Notes under the pieces: generated by a model
What the model was told of the DNA's origin: nothing
Databases searched by the model: none
What the model saw: only the letters and a program-made list of their open reading frames with translations
Position numbers and translations under genes: made by a program
Source: an uncultured Chloroflexia bacterium
GTDB taxonomy: Bacteria; Chloroflexota; Limnocylindria; Limnocylindrales; CSP1-4
DNA length: 64,000 nt
Reading direction: 5' to 3'
Assembly: GCA_963752475.1 (NCBI GenBank)
Contig: CAVVYR010000006.1
Coordinates: forward strand, 160,001 to 224,000
In this document: piece after piece, positions 40,808 to 51,200 of the stretch
How the letters are laid out: each line of letters opens with the position of its first letter
Numbering within the stretch: the stretch's first letter is position 1

Positions 40808-40935
40808 ATGCACATCGACGTGCGCTGGCGCGACGAGGTCGTGCGCGGGGTACCGGCCATCACCGCGCCCATCCCTACGAGCCCGAGCCGCAGTACCGTT
40901 GGTACTACGAAGACGGAGGCGTACCCGAGTGGTGA
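40808..40935 (+). pseudogene. Probable 3' remnant of a galactonate dehydratase-like gene
   Basis: Ends YRWYYEDGGVPEW-stop, similar to the DgoD C-terminus (..WRHEDNSVAEW); stop overlaps the next start (GTGA). Confidence 0.45.
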
Positions 40936-41876
40936 AGACGGAGCTGGCACACCGGATGTGGGGCGACTGGCCCTCGGTCCTGCTCTCGACCGACGCGGTC
41001 GAGCTGGAGGTCCTGAGCGAGGTCGGCGCGCGCGTCGTGTCCCTGCGCGACAAGCGGCGTGACCGCGAGTGGCTGCTGCAGGGTCAGAAGCCGCGTGACC
41101 TCGACTACATGGACTGGGCCGACGAGGACGCCGTCTTCGCCGGACGTGAGTCGTTCGGCTGGGACGAGTGCCTCCCGACGACCGCGCCGTGTGATGACCC
41201 CACCGAGCCCGGTGCGGTCCTGCGCGATCACGGTGACCAGTGGGGCCGCGGCGCGTACCTCCGTCTCGACCACGCCGGGGGAGCCGTCGAGCACAGCTGG
41301 GCTGCGCCTCGCTGGGACTACCGGTTGCATCGCCGTCTCTCCTTCGCCGACGAGTCGACGGTGCTGGCCGAGTACAGGGTCCAAAGCCAGGCCGATCAGC
41401 CGCTGCCGATCCACTGGGCCCAGCATCCGGTGATCCGGCCCGAGCCCGGGAGCTACATCGACCTGCCCGAGGTGCACACGGTGCGCTGTTCGTGGCGCAA
41501 CGGCATCGACCTGCCGGATGAGACGACCTGGCCCAAGGCCACGCTGGGCGACGGCTCCGAGAAGGACCTGGCCTGCGTGGGCAGCGGTGAGGGTTGGGCG
41601 ACCGTGCTCTACGCCGACGCGCGCGAGGGCGCTCGCGTCGTGGCGCCCGACGGGGCCCGGCTGGACTTCGAGTGGGACCACGAGTTCGCTCCGGCCCTGC
41701 GCGTGTGGATCTCCTGCGGGGGCTGGCCGCCCGACGCCGAACCCTCGGAGCAGATCGCGCTCGAGCCCTGCACCTCGATGCATGACCATCTGGCGGGTGC
41801 CATGGCCGACGGGGAGGAGCGGATCCTGCGGCCCGGCGAGAGCCTCCACTGGTGGGTGCGGCTGGCCCTCTCCTGA
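40932..41876 (+). CDS. Galactose mutarotase-like (aldose 1-epimerase fold) protein
   Basis: GARVVSL..REWL, GWDECLPT, DHG, WAQHP, IALEP. Confidence 0.75.
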   Translation: MKTELAHRMWGDWPSVLLSTDAVELEVLSEVGARVVSLRDKRRDREWLLQGQKPRDLDYMDWADEDAVFAGRESFGWDECLPTTAPCDDPTEPGAVLRDHGDQWGRGAYLRLDHAGGAVEHSWAAPRWDYRLHRRLSFADESTVLAEYRVQSQADQPLPIHWAQHPVIRPEPGSYIDLPEVHTVRCSWRNGIDLPDETTWPKATLGDGSEKDLACVGSGEGWATVLYADAREGARVVAPDGARLDFEWDHEFAPALRVWISCGGWPPDAEPSEQIALEPCTSMHDHLAGAMADGEERILRPGESLHWWVRLALS

Positions 41877-41927
41877 TCCCCTCGCGGATCGCCGCACGTT
41901 GACGTACAAGCCACTTCGCACGATGAG

Positions 41928-42836
41928 ATGAGGACGATGGTCGACAGGCTCCGGACAGGACGGCTCGAAGACGAGGTCGCCATCGTCACCGGTGGCGGTC
42001 AAGGCATCGGTGCTGCCATCAGCAGGTTCTTTGCGCGCGAGGGCGCACGCGTCGTCATCGCCCAACGCTCGAGCGGGACCGGCGAGGCACAGGCTCAGGT
42101 CATCCGGGCTGATGGCGGTCAGGCACAGGCGATCGCCACCGACGTCACCAGGGCCAGCGATATCGAGGCCCTCGTGGCCGGCACCATCGAAGCCTTCGGA
42201 CCGCCCAGCATCCTCGTCAACAACGCTGGCGTCTCCGTGTACGAGGACCCGCTGAGGCTCGACCGCGAGGCCTGGGATCGGTGCATGCGCGTGGATCTGG
42301 ACGCGGTCTGGTGGTTGAGCCAGGCCGTCCTGCCGCACATGCTGGAGGCCGGCCATGGCGCCATCGTCAACATCGCCTCCTCCCATTCCTTCCAGATCAT
42401 CCCCGGCTGCTTCCCCTATCCGGTGGCCAAGCACGGGCTCATCGGGCTGACGCGAGCGCTGGCTGCGGAGTACGGTGCGCGGGGCGTGCGCATCAACGCC
42501 ATCTGCCCCGGGTACATCGAGACCGATGGGCTGCAGGCCTACCTCGAGTCCTTCCCCGACCCGGCGGCCGAGCGCGAGCGCGTGGGTGGCCGTCACGTCG
42601 TCGCGCGCATCGGTTCACCGGAGGAAGTGGCCGGTCCGGCGCTCTTCCTGGCGTCGTCGGAGGCCTCGTTCATCACCGGCGAGTCGCTCGTCGTCGATGG
42701 CGGGATGACCATCGTGACCAATGGCCACGGACTGCCGTTCGTGCCAGGACAGGGCCCAAGCGGCGTCACATCCGGGGTCGACACCTCGCCACGCAGCGGG
42801 CCCGCCAGGGCCACCGAAACAGGGGGAACCAGATGA
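41928..42836 (+). CDS. SDR oxidoreductase resembling the dehydrogenases of dgo (galactose) clusters
   Basis: TGGGQGIG, NNAG, IIPGCFPYPVAKHGL. Confidence 0.85.
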   Translation: MRTMVDRLRTGRLEDEVAIVTGGGQGIGAAISRFFAREGARVVIAQRSSGTGEAQAQVIRADGGQAQAIATDVTRASDIEALVAGTIEAFGPPSILVNNAGVSVYEDPLRLDREAWDRCMRVDLDAVWWLSQAVLPHMLEAGHGAIVNIASSHSFQIIPGCFPYPVAKHGLIGLTRALAAEYGARGVRINAICPGYIETDGLQAYLESFPDPAAERERVGGRHVVARIGSPEEVAGPALFLASSEASFITGESLVVDGGMTIVTNGHGLPFVPGQGPSGVTSGVDTSPRSGPARATETGGTR

Positions 42837-43951
42837 CGATGAGCCATCGCGACCGTGTCACGGCCGCCCTGCAGCGCGAAGAGCCGGACCGCTGCCCCAT
42901 GCAGATCAGCTTCACGCCCGAGTTCGCCGACCGGCTACGCGAGGACATGGGCGTCCGCGGCGAGCTCAACGTGGCTCGCGGGGGCGAGCACAATCCGCAC
43001 GGCGGCGGCAACACCTACGAGCTGGAGCGCGCCATCGGCTCCGATCTCATCCTGACCTCGGTCGGCTGGGCCAACAACTACTACGCCGACCACGGCACCT
43101 ACACCGACGAGTGGGGTGTGACCTGGCAGGAGCATCCTTACGAGACGCAGTTCGGCACCGGTCACTACACCGAGATGGTGGGCTTCCCCCTGGCCGACGA
43201 CGAGGCCATCGACTCGTACGTCCCGCCCGACCCGAACCGCCCCGAGCTCTACGTCGACTCCGAGCGCGTCATCCGCGAGTACGGCGACGACTACTGGATC
43301 GTGGGCGTGACGGTCACCACCATCTTCGAGACCGCCTGGGCCCTGCGCGGCTACGAACGGCTGCTGATGGACCTGGTCATCAACCCCGAGATCGCCGATC
43401 GCGTCCTCGAGATCCCATTCCGCTACCACCTCACCGCGGCCGAGAGACTGGCCTCGATGGGCGTCGACATGATCTGGACCGGCGACGACATCGGCAGCCA
43501 GAAGGGCATGCTCTTCCACCCCGACACCTGGCGCCGCTTCCTCAAGCCACGCATGGCCGAGCTGGTCAGCCGGGTCAAAGCCATCAACCCGGAGCTCAAG
43601 GTGGCCTATCACACCGACGGCGACGTACGCGAGGTCATCCCCGAACTCATCGACATCGGCATCGACGTGCTCAACCCCGTGCAGCCGGCGTGCATGGACC
43701 CGGCCGAGCTCAAGCGGGACTACGGCGACGAACTCCTCTTCTGGGGCTCGCTCGATGAGCAGAAGACGCTGCCCTTCGGCTCGGCGCAGGACGTGCGCGA
43801 GGAGATCGACCTGCGGCTGCGCACGATCGGCGCGGGCGGTGGACTCATCCTGGGCCCGACCCACCACGTCCAGCTCGACACGCCGCTGGAGAACTTCTGG
43901 GCCATGATCGAGACGATCCGCGAGACGTCGTACCAGTCGCTCGCTCGGTAA
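42833..43951 (+). CDS. Uroporphyrinogen decarboxylase (URO-D)/MtaA-like family protein
   Basis: EPDRCP, DEWG, GDDIGSQ, YHTDG, LNPVQP, LPFGS. Confidence 0.85.
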   Translation: MTMSHRDRVTAALQREEPDRCPMQISFTPEFADRLREDMGVRGELNVARGGEHNPHGGGNTYELERAIGSDLILTSVGWANNYYADHGTYTDEWGVTWQEHPYETQFGTGHYTEMVGFPLADDEAIDSYVPPDPNRPELYVDSERVIREYGDDYWIVGVTVTTIFETAWALRGYERLLMDLVINPEIADRVLEIPFRYHLTAAERLASMGVDMIWTGDDIGSQKGMLFHPDTWRRFLKPRMAELVSRVKAINPELKVAYHTDGDVREVIPELIDIGIDVLNPVQPACMDPAELKRDYGDELLFWGSLDEQKTLPFGSAQDVREEIDLRLRTIGAGGGLILGPTHHVQLDTPLENFWAMIETIRETSYQSLAR

Positions 43952-44124
43952 CGATAACCGGGCGTCCACGCGGCCCGTCCGAATAGGGACCGATGGACCC
44001 CGATTCCCCGCTGCTGGGAACGTAGAATGAGCCTGCTAGGCCTGTAGCCCCCGCGGGTCTCGTTATCGCGCGGGCGGCACCTGGGCCGAGGCCACTCTGA
44101 CCAACGATCCCGAGAAGGGGGCGT

Positions 44125-44616
44125 ATGCCGATCCCGTATAGCAAACCGACTCCGCCGAACGACGACAAGCGATGGAAGATCGTCGCCACGCGGATGCGTC
44201 GCCTGGGTGACCGACCCGAGGCGCTCATCGAAGCCCTGCACGCCGCACAGGAGGCCTTCGGCTTCCTCGACGACGACGCGCTCGAGTTCGTGGGCGACAC
44301 GCTCGGCGTCCCGCACTCCCGCGTCTTCGGCGTCGCTACGTTCTACTCGTTCTTCACGCTCAAGCCCCAGGGCGACCACACCTGCGTGGTCTGCACCGGC
44401 ACCGCCTGCTACATCACCGGTGCGGGCGACATCATCGAGGCCTTCGGTGACCAGCTCGGCGTCAAGCCCAAGGGCACCACCGATGACGGCAAGATCTCGC
44501 TGCTGACGGCGCGATGCATCGGCGCCTGCAGCCTCGCCCCGGCCGTGGTGGTCGACGGTGAGATGAAGGGCAAGGCCCGGATCGATGAGCTTATGGCTGA
44601 ACTGGAGGCGATGTGA
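44125..44616 (+). CDS. hoxE: Bidirectional hydrogenase subunit HoxE (NuoE-like)
   Basis: LIEALHAAQ, VATFY, CTGTAC, CIGACSLAP. Confidence 0.9.
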   Translation: MPIPYSKPTPPNDDKRWKIVATRMRRLGDRPEALIEALHAAQEAFGFLDDDALEFVGDTLGVPHSRVFGVATFYSFFTLKPQGDHTCVVCTGTACYITGAGDIIEAFGDQLGVKPKGTTDDGKISLLTARCIGACSLAPAVVVDGEMKGKARIDELMAELEAM

Positions 44617-46265
44617 GCGACAGCGCAACCGCGGCACGCCCCAAGCGTCACCGCACCATCAAGATCGACGAGAACGCCGGACCGCCGCGCGCGACCGCCC
44701 GCGTCTGCGAGGCCGCGTCGTGTGTCAGCGGCAACGCCAGCGACGTCACCGCGCGCCTGCGTGAGCTGACCAACGAGCAGGATGACGTCGAGATCAAGCG
44801 CGTCGGCTGCCTCGGCCTCTGCGCCGCCGGCCCGCTGGTCGAGATCGCCCAGACCGGCGAGATGGTCGAGCAAGTCGACCCCGAGAACGTCCAGCCGGTG
44901 ATCGACGCGCTGGCCAAGGTCAAGCCGGACTCCAAGCGCCAGGAACAGGCGCCCTTCTTCGAGAAGCAGGTCCGGGTGGCCACGGAGAACTTCGGCAAGG
45001 TCGACCCCGAGAGCCTCGACGACTACATCGCCGCCGGCGGCTTCCAGGCCCTGCGCCGGGTGCTGTCGGAGATGAGCTCGGCCGAGGTTCGCGACGAGGT
45101 CATGGAGTCCGGTCTCCGCGGTCGCGGTGGTGCCGGCTTCCCGACCGGCCTCAAGTGGACCACCGTGGCCAAGGCCAGCGGTGACAAGAAGTACGTCATC
45201 TGCAACGCGGACGAGGGTGACCCGGGTGCGTTCATGGATCGCAGTGTCCTCGAGAGCGACCCCTTCCGGGTGCTCGAGGGCATGGCCATCGGGGCCTTCG
45301 CGGTCCACGCCACCGAGGGCTATGTCTACTGCCGTGCGGAGTATCCGCTGGCGGTGCAGCGTCTGCGTACGGCCATCCGACTCGCACAGCGCGCTGGCTA
45401 CCTCGGTGACGGCATCATGGACACGTCCTTCAGCTTCAACGTGCAGATCCGCCTCGGTGCAGGTGCGTTCGTGTGTGGCGAGGAGACGGCCCTGATCTCG
45501 TCGGTCGAAGGACGTCGCGGCACGCCCCGACCCCGCCCGCCGTATCCCGCGGTGGCCGGCCTGTGGGGCAGCCCCACGCTCATCAACAACGTCGAGTCCC
45601 TGGCCAGCGTGCCCAAGATCGTGCGCGAGGGCCCAGAGGGCTATGCCGAGATCGGCGTGGGCAAGTCGAAGGGCACCAAGGTCTTCGCGCTCGCCGGCCG
45701 CGTAGTCAACACCGGCATGGTCGAGGTCCCCATGGGCATGACCCTGCGGGAGATCATCTTCGATATCGGTGGCGGCATCCCGGAGGGCCGGCCCTTCAAG
45801 GCGGTCCAGACGGGCGGCCCGTCGGGTGGCTGCATCCCCGAGGAGCACCTCGACACTCCGGTCAGCTACGAGACCCTCATCGAGCTCGGCTCGTTCATGG
45901 GCTCGGGCGGCATGATCGTCATGGACGATACGTCCTGCATGGTCGACGTCGCCAAGTACTTCCAGGACTTCTGTCGTGACGAGTCGTGCGGCAAGTGCAC
46001 GCCCTGTCGCGTCGGCACCACCCAGATGTACATGCTCCTCGACCTCATCACCAAGGGTGAGGCCACGGAGCGCGATCTGGCCCAGCTCGAGCGGCTGGCC
46101 GGCATCGTCCAGAAGATGTCCCTCTGCGGCCTCGGCCAAGGTGCCCCCAACCCGATCTTCAGCACGCTGCGCTACTTCCGGGATGAGTACATGGCGCACA
46201 TCGTCGACAAGACCTGTCCCGCCGGCGTCTGTTCCATCTCCAAGCCAGCTGAGGTAGTGGCATGA
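44613..46265 (+). CDS. hoxF: Diaphorase subunit HoxF (NuoF-like)
   Basis: GLRGRGGAGFPTG, CNADEGDPG, ESCGKCTPCR. Confidence 0.92.
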   Translation: MSDSATAARPKRHRTIKIDENAGPPRATARVCEAASCVSGNASDVTARLRELTNEQDDVEIKRVGCLGLCAAGPLVEIAQTGEMVEQVDPENVQPVIDALAKVKPDSKRQEQAPFFEKQVRVATENFGKVDPESLDDYIAAGGFQALRRVLSEMSSAEVRDEVMESGLRGRGGAGFPTGLKWTTVAKASGDKKYVICNADEGDPGAFMDRSVLESDPFRVLEGMAIGAFAVHATEGYVYCRAEYPLAVQRLRTAIRLAQRAGYLGDGIMDTSFSFNVQIRLGAGAFVCGEETALISSVEGRRGTPRPRPPYPAVAGLWGSPTLINNVESLASVPKIVREGPEGYAEIGVGKSKGTKVFALAGRVVNTGMVEVPMGMTLREIIFDIGGGIPEGRPFKAVQTGGPSGGCIPEEHLDTPVSYETLIELGSFMGSGGMIVMDDTSCMVDVAKYFQDFCRDESCGKCTPCRVGTTQMYMLLDLITKGEATERDLAQLERLAGIVQKMSLCGLGQGAPNPIFSTLRYFRDEYMAHIVDKTCPAGVCSISKPAEVVA

Positions 46266-46978
46266 GCGACGTCTTTACGCTGACCATCGACGGCAAGGAC
46301 GTCGCTGGCAACGAAGGCCAGACCGTGATGGAGGTGGCCGAAGAGAATGGCATCGACATCCCTGGTCTGTGCCACATGGAGGGCATCACCGACCGTGGTG
46401 CCTGCCGCCTGTGCATGGTCGAGATCGCGGGTTCACCCAAGCTCGCGGCCGCCTGCATGACCAAGATCGCCGAGGGCATGGACATCACCGCGCACTCGGA
46501 CAAGCTGCTCGAGTATCGGCAGTCGATCACCGAGATGATGTTCATGGAGCGCAACCACGTCTGCGCCGTGTGCGTCGCCAACAACCATTGCGAACTTCAG
46601 AACATGGCCGACGAGCTTGGTATCAAGCACTTCGACCTGCCCCGTATCAACCCTGACGTCGACATCGACGCCAGCCACAAGTTCTTCGCCATCGATCACA
46701 ACCGCTGCATCCTGTGCCTGCGCTGCGTGCGGGTCTGCGATGAGATCGAGGGCGCACACACCTGGGACGTCATGCACCGCGGTCTCGAGACCCGGGTGCA
46801 GACGGACATGGGCCAGCCCTGGGGCGAGTCCACGACCTGCACCAGCTGTGGCAAGTGCGTCCAGGTCTGTCCCACCGGCGCGCTCTTCGAGAAGGGCCGA
46901 CCGGTCGCAGCCGGTAGCAAGGACCGCCGCCCGTTCCTTCCGTGGCTGAAGGTGGTCCGAGAGGAGCGCGGTCTATGA
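46262..46978 (+). CDS. hoxU: Diaphorase subunit HoxU
   Basis: CRLCMVE, HVCAVC, CILCLRCVRVC, CTSCGKCVQVCP. Confidence 0.92.
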   Translation: MSDVFTLTIDGKDVAGNEGQTVMEVAEENGIDIPGLCHMEGITDRGACRLCMVEIAGSPKLAAACMTKIAEGMDITAHSDKLLEYRQSITEMMFMERNHVCAVCVANNHCELQNMADELGIKHFDLPRINPDVDIDASHKFFAIDHNRCILCLRCVRVCDEIEGAHTWDVMHRGLETRVQTDMGQPWGESTTCTSCGKCVQVCPTGALFEKGRPVAAGSKDRRPFLPWLKVVREERGL

Positions 46979-47514
46979 GTGAGTCAAAGAAGCCAACCGT
47001 CGCGACCGTCTGGCTGGACGGGTGCTCGGGATGCCACATGTCCCTGCTGGACATGGACGAGCGCATCCTCGACATCTTCACCCGGTCGGACCTCGTGTAC
47101 AGCCCGCTGGTCGATTTCAAGGACTATCCCGACGAGGTGGACGTCTGCCTCGTCGAGGGTGCGGTGTCGAGCCAGGACGATCTGGACAAGGTCAAGAAGG
47201 TGCGCGAGCACACCAAGACGATCATCGCCTTCGGCGACTGTGCGGTCACCTCGAACGTGCCCGGCATGCGCAACCCCTTCGGCACGCAGGCCATCCTCGA
47301 CCGCGCCTACCACGAGAACGTCACCGTCAACCCGCAGACACCCACCGAGAACGTGCCGCCGCTGCTGGCGATGTCCAAGCCGGTCCATACGATCATCGAC
47401 GTGGACGTCTTCCTGCCCGGTTGCCCGCCGTCGGCGGACCTCATCTACACCATGCTCGACGACCTGCTCTCCGGCCGCGTGCCGGAGGTCGCCGGCTCGC
47501 GGTTCGGCCGCTAA
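46975..47514 (+). CDS. hoxY: [NiFe] hydrogenase small subunit HoxY
   Basis: [20 protein letters not shown]. Confidence 0.92.
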   Translation: MSESKKPTVATVWLDGCSGCHMSLLDMDERILDIFTRSDLVYSPLVDFKDYPDEVDVCLVEGAVSSQDDLDKVKKVREHTKTIIAFGDCAVTSNVPGMRNPFGTQAILDRAYHENVTVNPQTPTENVPPLLAMSKPVHTIIDVDVFLPGCPPSADLIYTMLDDLLSGRVPEVAGSRFGR

Positions 47515-47528
47515 GGGAGCCCCCACCC

Positions 47529-48947
47529 ATGAGCAAGACCATCACCATCGATCCGGTCACGCGGATCGAAGGCCACTCCAAGATCACCATCCAGCTCGAC
47601 GAGGGCGGCCAGGTCACGGACGCCCACTTCCACGTCACGCAGTTCCGAGGGTTCGAGAAGATCGTCGAGGGCCGTCCGGTCCACGAGATGCCCTCGATCA
47701 TGGCCCGTATCTGCGGCATCTGCCCGGTCAGTCACCTCGTCGCCTCGGCCAAGGCCGTGGACGACATCCTGGCCGTGGACCCGCCGCCCGCGGGTGCCGA
47801 CATCCGCCGGCTCATCAATCTTGGCCAGATCGTGCAGTCGAACGCGCTCTCGTTCTTCCATCTCTCCAGCCCTGACCTGCTCTTCGGCTTCGACGCCGAC
47901 ATGTCCAAGCGCCACATCGTGGGCGTGGCCCAGGAGAACCCGCAGCTGGCCAAGGACGGCATCGCCCTGCGCAAGTGGGGCCAGCAGATCATCGAGCGCC
48001 TCGGCGGCAAGCGCATCCATCCCGGCGGGGTCATCCCCGGCGGTGTGGCCGAGCCGCTGACCGAGGAGGTCCGCGACGAGATCCTGGCGGGTGTGCCGGA
48101 GGCCCTCGAGCGCATCACCCGCACCATCGAGTGGTACAAGAGCAAGATGATGGGCTGGGAGGAGGAGGCCACCCACTTCGGTGACTTCCGCTCCGCCTTC
48201 ATGGCCCTCGTCGACGAGAAGGGCAACGTGGACCACTACGGTGGCCGCCTGCGCTTCGTCGATGCAGACGGCTCGGTGCTCGAGGACTTCGACCCCAAGG
48301 ACTTCAACGACTACATCGGCGAAGCCGTGGAGCCGTGGTCCTACCTCAAGTCCACGTACTACAAGCCCATGGGCTACCCCGACGGCATCTACCGCGTGGG
48401 CCCGCTCGCGCGCATGAACGTGGCCGAGGCCTGCGGTACGCCGCGTGCCGACGAGGAGCTCAAGAAGTTCCGCTGGCGCGTCGGCCGGGTGGCGAGCTCG
48501 TCCTTCCACCAGCACTACGCGCGCCTCATCGACCTGCTCCACTGCATCGAGAAGATCGACCAGATCCTCAACAAGCCGGAGATCATGTCGACACATGTGA
48601 CGGCCACCGCGGGCATCAACCGCAACGAGGGCATCGGCTGCTCCGAGGCTCCGCGTGGCACCCTGATGCACCACTACAAGGTGGACGACAACGGCCTGGT
48701 CGAGTGGGCCAACCTCGTCATCGCCACCGGCCACAACAACATGGCCATGAACCGCTCGGTCGCGCAGGTCGCCAAGGCCTACGTCAAGTCCGACAAGATC
48801 GAAGAGCCGATGCTCAACCGGGTCGAGGCGGTCATCCGTTCCTACGACCCTTGCCTCAGCTGCTCGACGCACTCGCTCGGTGACATGGCGCTGGACATCC
48901 AGCTCCTGTCGCCGGAGGGCGAGGTCATCGACCGCATCAAGCGCTGA
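47529..48947 (+). CDS. hoxH: [NiFe] hydrogenase large subunit HoxH (group 3d)
   Basis: RICGICP (L1) and DPCLSCSTH (L2) with a cleavable C-terminal tail. Confidence 0.94.
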   Translation: MSKTITIDPVTRIEGHSKITIQLDEGGQVTDAHFHVTQFRGFEKIVEGRPVHEMPSIMARICGICPVSHLVASAKAVDDILAVDPPPAGADIRRLINLGQIVQSNALSFFHLSSPDLLFGFDADMSKRHIVGVAQENPQLAKDGIALRKWGQQIIERLGGKRIHPGGVIPGGVAEPLTEEVRDEILAGVPEALERITRTIEWYKSKMMGWEEEATHFGDFRSAFMALVDEKGNVDHYGGRLRFVDADGSVLEDFDPKDFNDYIGEAVEPWSYLKSTYYKPMGYPDGIYRVGPLARMNVAEACGTPRADEELKKFRWRVGRVASSSFHQHYARLIDLLHCIEKIDQILNKPEIMSTHVTATAGINRNEGIGCSEAPRGTLMHHYKVDDNGLVEWANLVIATGHNNMAMNRSVAQVAKAYVKSDKIEEPMLNRVEAVIRSYDPCLSCSTHSLGDMALDIQLLSPEGEVIDRIKR

Positions 48948-48963
48948 CCCGCTGCCACCGGAC

Positions 48964-49500
48964 GTGAGTCCACTCGAGAGCGCCGCCCCTGGGGGAGGGA
49001 GCGGCGCTCTTGCGCGTTCCGTGCTGGTCCTCGGCTATGGCAACACGTTGCGGCGGGACGACGGTGCCGGGGCCGTGGCTGCGCGCCTGCTGGCGGCCGA
49101 TCCGCGCCTTGCTCGCCCCGAGGTCGAGGTGCGCGAGGCCTATCAGCTGCTGCCGGAGATGTCGATGGACATCGCGGAGGCCACGCTCGTCGTCTTCGTC
49201 GATGCCGACATGCGCGGCCTGCCCGGCGCTCTCGAGATCCACGAGATCGACCCTGGGACCGCAGCGCGTGACGATGCCGATGCGCGAGGCGATCCGGGAG
49301 CGTCATCGCACCACGTCGGAGGTGGCGAGCTGGTGGCGCTGGCCGCGACGCTCTCAGGTCGCGCGCCGGAGGCCGTGGCCATCGGCATCGGCGTGGCCGA
49401 CCTGGAGCTGGGGGAGGGCCTCAGTCCGGCCGTGGAAGCGGCCCTACCCAGGGTCGTCGAGATCGTGGCCGACCTCGTGGAGGAGCACCTCAGCCATTGA
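48964..49500 (+). CDS. hoxW: Hydrogenase maturation protease
   Basis: VLGYGNTLRRDDGAG, VFVDA, SSHH, GEGLS; follows hoxH. Confidence 0.82.
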   Translation: MSPLESAAPGGGSGALARSVLVLGYGNTLRRDDGAGAVAARLLAADPRLARPEVEVREAYQLLPEMSMDIAEATLVVFVDADMRGLPGALEIHEIDPGTAARDDADARGDPGASSHHVGGGELVALAATLSGRAPEAVAIGIGVADLELGEGLSPAVEAALPRVVEIVADLVEEHLSH

Positions 49501-49557
49501 GGCTGCCAGCTGGAAACCCGGACTCCACAGGCCTGGGATCGACCTCGCTCGGGGTCG

Positions 49558-49736
49558 GGAGCAGCCACCTCGACGGGGCAGCAGCCACCTCGACCGGGAG
49601 CAGCCACCTCGACGGGGACGGCCACCTCGACGGGGCACAGCCACCTCGACGGGGCGCAGCCACCTCGACGGGGAGCAGCACCTCGACCGGGAGCAGCACC
49701 TCGACGGGGCGCAGCCACCTCGACCGGGAGCAGCAC
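49558..49736 (+). repeat. Tandem array of nine 18-20-bp units, consensus GCAG(C)CACCTCGAC(C/G)GGG
   Basis: CACCTCGAC counted 9 times at ~19-bp spacing. Confidence 0.9.
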
Positions 49737-49983
49737 CGACCGCTCTCGCTGCTGCCGCCGTGTCGCCTCCATCGACACCGCACGCAGCTTGTGGTCAGGC
49801 GTCGCCAGGGCCGACCCTACCGGCCGATCCGGTGGATCCAGATGGACATATGTCGGCGAGGTCGACGGTAGTCCGACGGGCTGGTGGTCCTGGTGGTCGG
49901 ATCGACGTAGACGTGGCGCCGGCTATGCCCAGCCACGCTCGGTGCAGGCCATCGATCGCCTCGATCGGCCGGATCTCGTGACT
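49737..49983 (+). repeat. 247-bp direct repeat copy 1, interrupted at its 3' end by the IS
   Basis: Matches 51285-51531 with 2 substitutions. Confidence 0.93.
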
Positions 49984-50053
49984 GCTATGAAGGGGGCCTC
50001 ACTGGTGAGACAGTGGGTTCTCTTCGGAACCAGCACCAGGAGGCCCGGAAGCC

Positions 50054-51086
50054 ATGTTATACGCCGGATTGGACCTGTCACGGAGGAAGCTCGACGTCCA
50101 TGTCCTCGACGAGGACGGGGCCACGGTCGAGGCGCTCGCGGTCCATCCCGATGCCGACGCGCTGCGGACACTCGCGGAGCGCTTCCCCGGGCCCGTGACC
50201 GCGACCATCGAATCGATGAACGGGGCCCGCTTCGTGCATGACGAGCTGCAGGGCCACGGCTGGGACGTGCTCATCGCCGACGCGGCCAGGGTCAAGGGCC
50301 TCGCACCGCTCGCGGCCAAGACCGACGAGATCGACGCGCGGGTGCTCGCGATCCTCGCCTGGCGCGACCTCGTGCCCGCGGTCTGGCTGGTCCACCCGGC
50401 CATCCGTGCCGAGCGCGAGCGTGCCCGCTATCGGCTGTACCTCGTGCGCCATCGCACCTCGATCAAGAACCGGGTCCACGCCACGCTCTTCGCGTTCGGC
50501 CACAGCGTGCCCGCCACGGACCTCTTCGGGGTCCGGGGCCGGGAGCTGCTCGCGGCGCTCGAGGTCCCCGAGCCCTGGGACCGGACGCTCGCAGCGAGCC
50601 TCGCGCGGCTCGACGCGCTCGAGGCCGAGATCCGCGGCTGCGAAGCCGAGCTGGCACGGCTCGGGGCCGACCACGAGTACGTGCCGCTGCTTGCGGACGG
50701 TGCCGGGGGTCGGGCCCATCCTCGCCTACACCATCGCCGCGGAGATCGGCGACATCGGCCGCTTCGCGAGCGCCAAGCGGCTCGTGGGCTACACCGGGCT
50801 CTGTCCCCGGGTCTACCAGTCGGGCGGGACCGACCGGCGCGGGAAGCTGGCCAAGACCGGCCCGAAGTACCTGCGCTGGGCGCTCGTCGAGGCCGCGGTC
50901 CACGCGGCGAGCCATCCACGCTATCGGAGGAAGTACCAACGCACCAAGCGCCGGCTCGGCAAGCAGCGGGGCAGTGGGGTGGCACAGGTGGAGCTGGCGC
51001 GCGAGCTGGCCACCGCCATCTGGTACATGCTCACGCGCCAGGAGCCGTTCCGAGCGGCAGGCCCCCCTCGTAGTCTGGTCGCCTGA
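50054..51086 (+). pseudogene. IS110 DEDD recombinase/transposase with one frameshift at ~50691
   Basis: GLDLS, IES, KTDEIDA (RuvC DEDD); then TVPGVG..RFASAKRLVGYTGLCP..QSGG..LRWALVEAA in another frame. Confidence 0.88.
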
Positions 51087-51200
51087 CGACCCTCGTGTGA
51101 CTTGGGCCGCCGCTGTCACCTACCAGCCAGGTCCTCCCAGCAGGAGGCACATAGAGACATGAGACGCGTTACCGCATCCGCTCCACGACCGCCGCCGGCT
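51060..51200 (+). ncRNA. Candidate bridge/seek RNA of the IS
   Basis: CTCGTAGTC (51067-75) is the reverse complement of target GACTACGAG; GTGACT (51097-102) matches the left target; CATAGAGAC (51150-58) matches the donor end 51211-19. Boundaries approximate. Confidence 0.6.

Noticed and set aside
44125-46978. nuoEFG of complex I
   Set aside because: Followed directly by [NiFe] small and large subunits and a protease; HoxU is short.
49558-49736. TIGR-like guide array next to an IS110-related protein
   Set aside because: Units vary by only 1-3 nt with no real spacers; the protein has full DEDD and Tnp (QSG) domains and proper IS ends.
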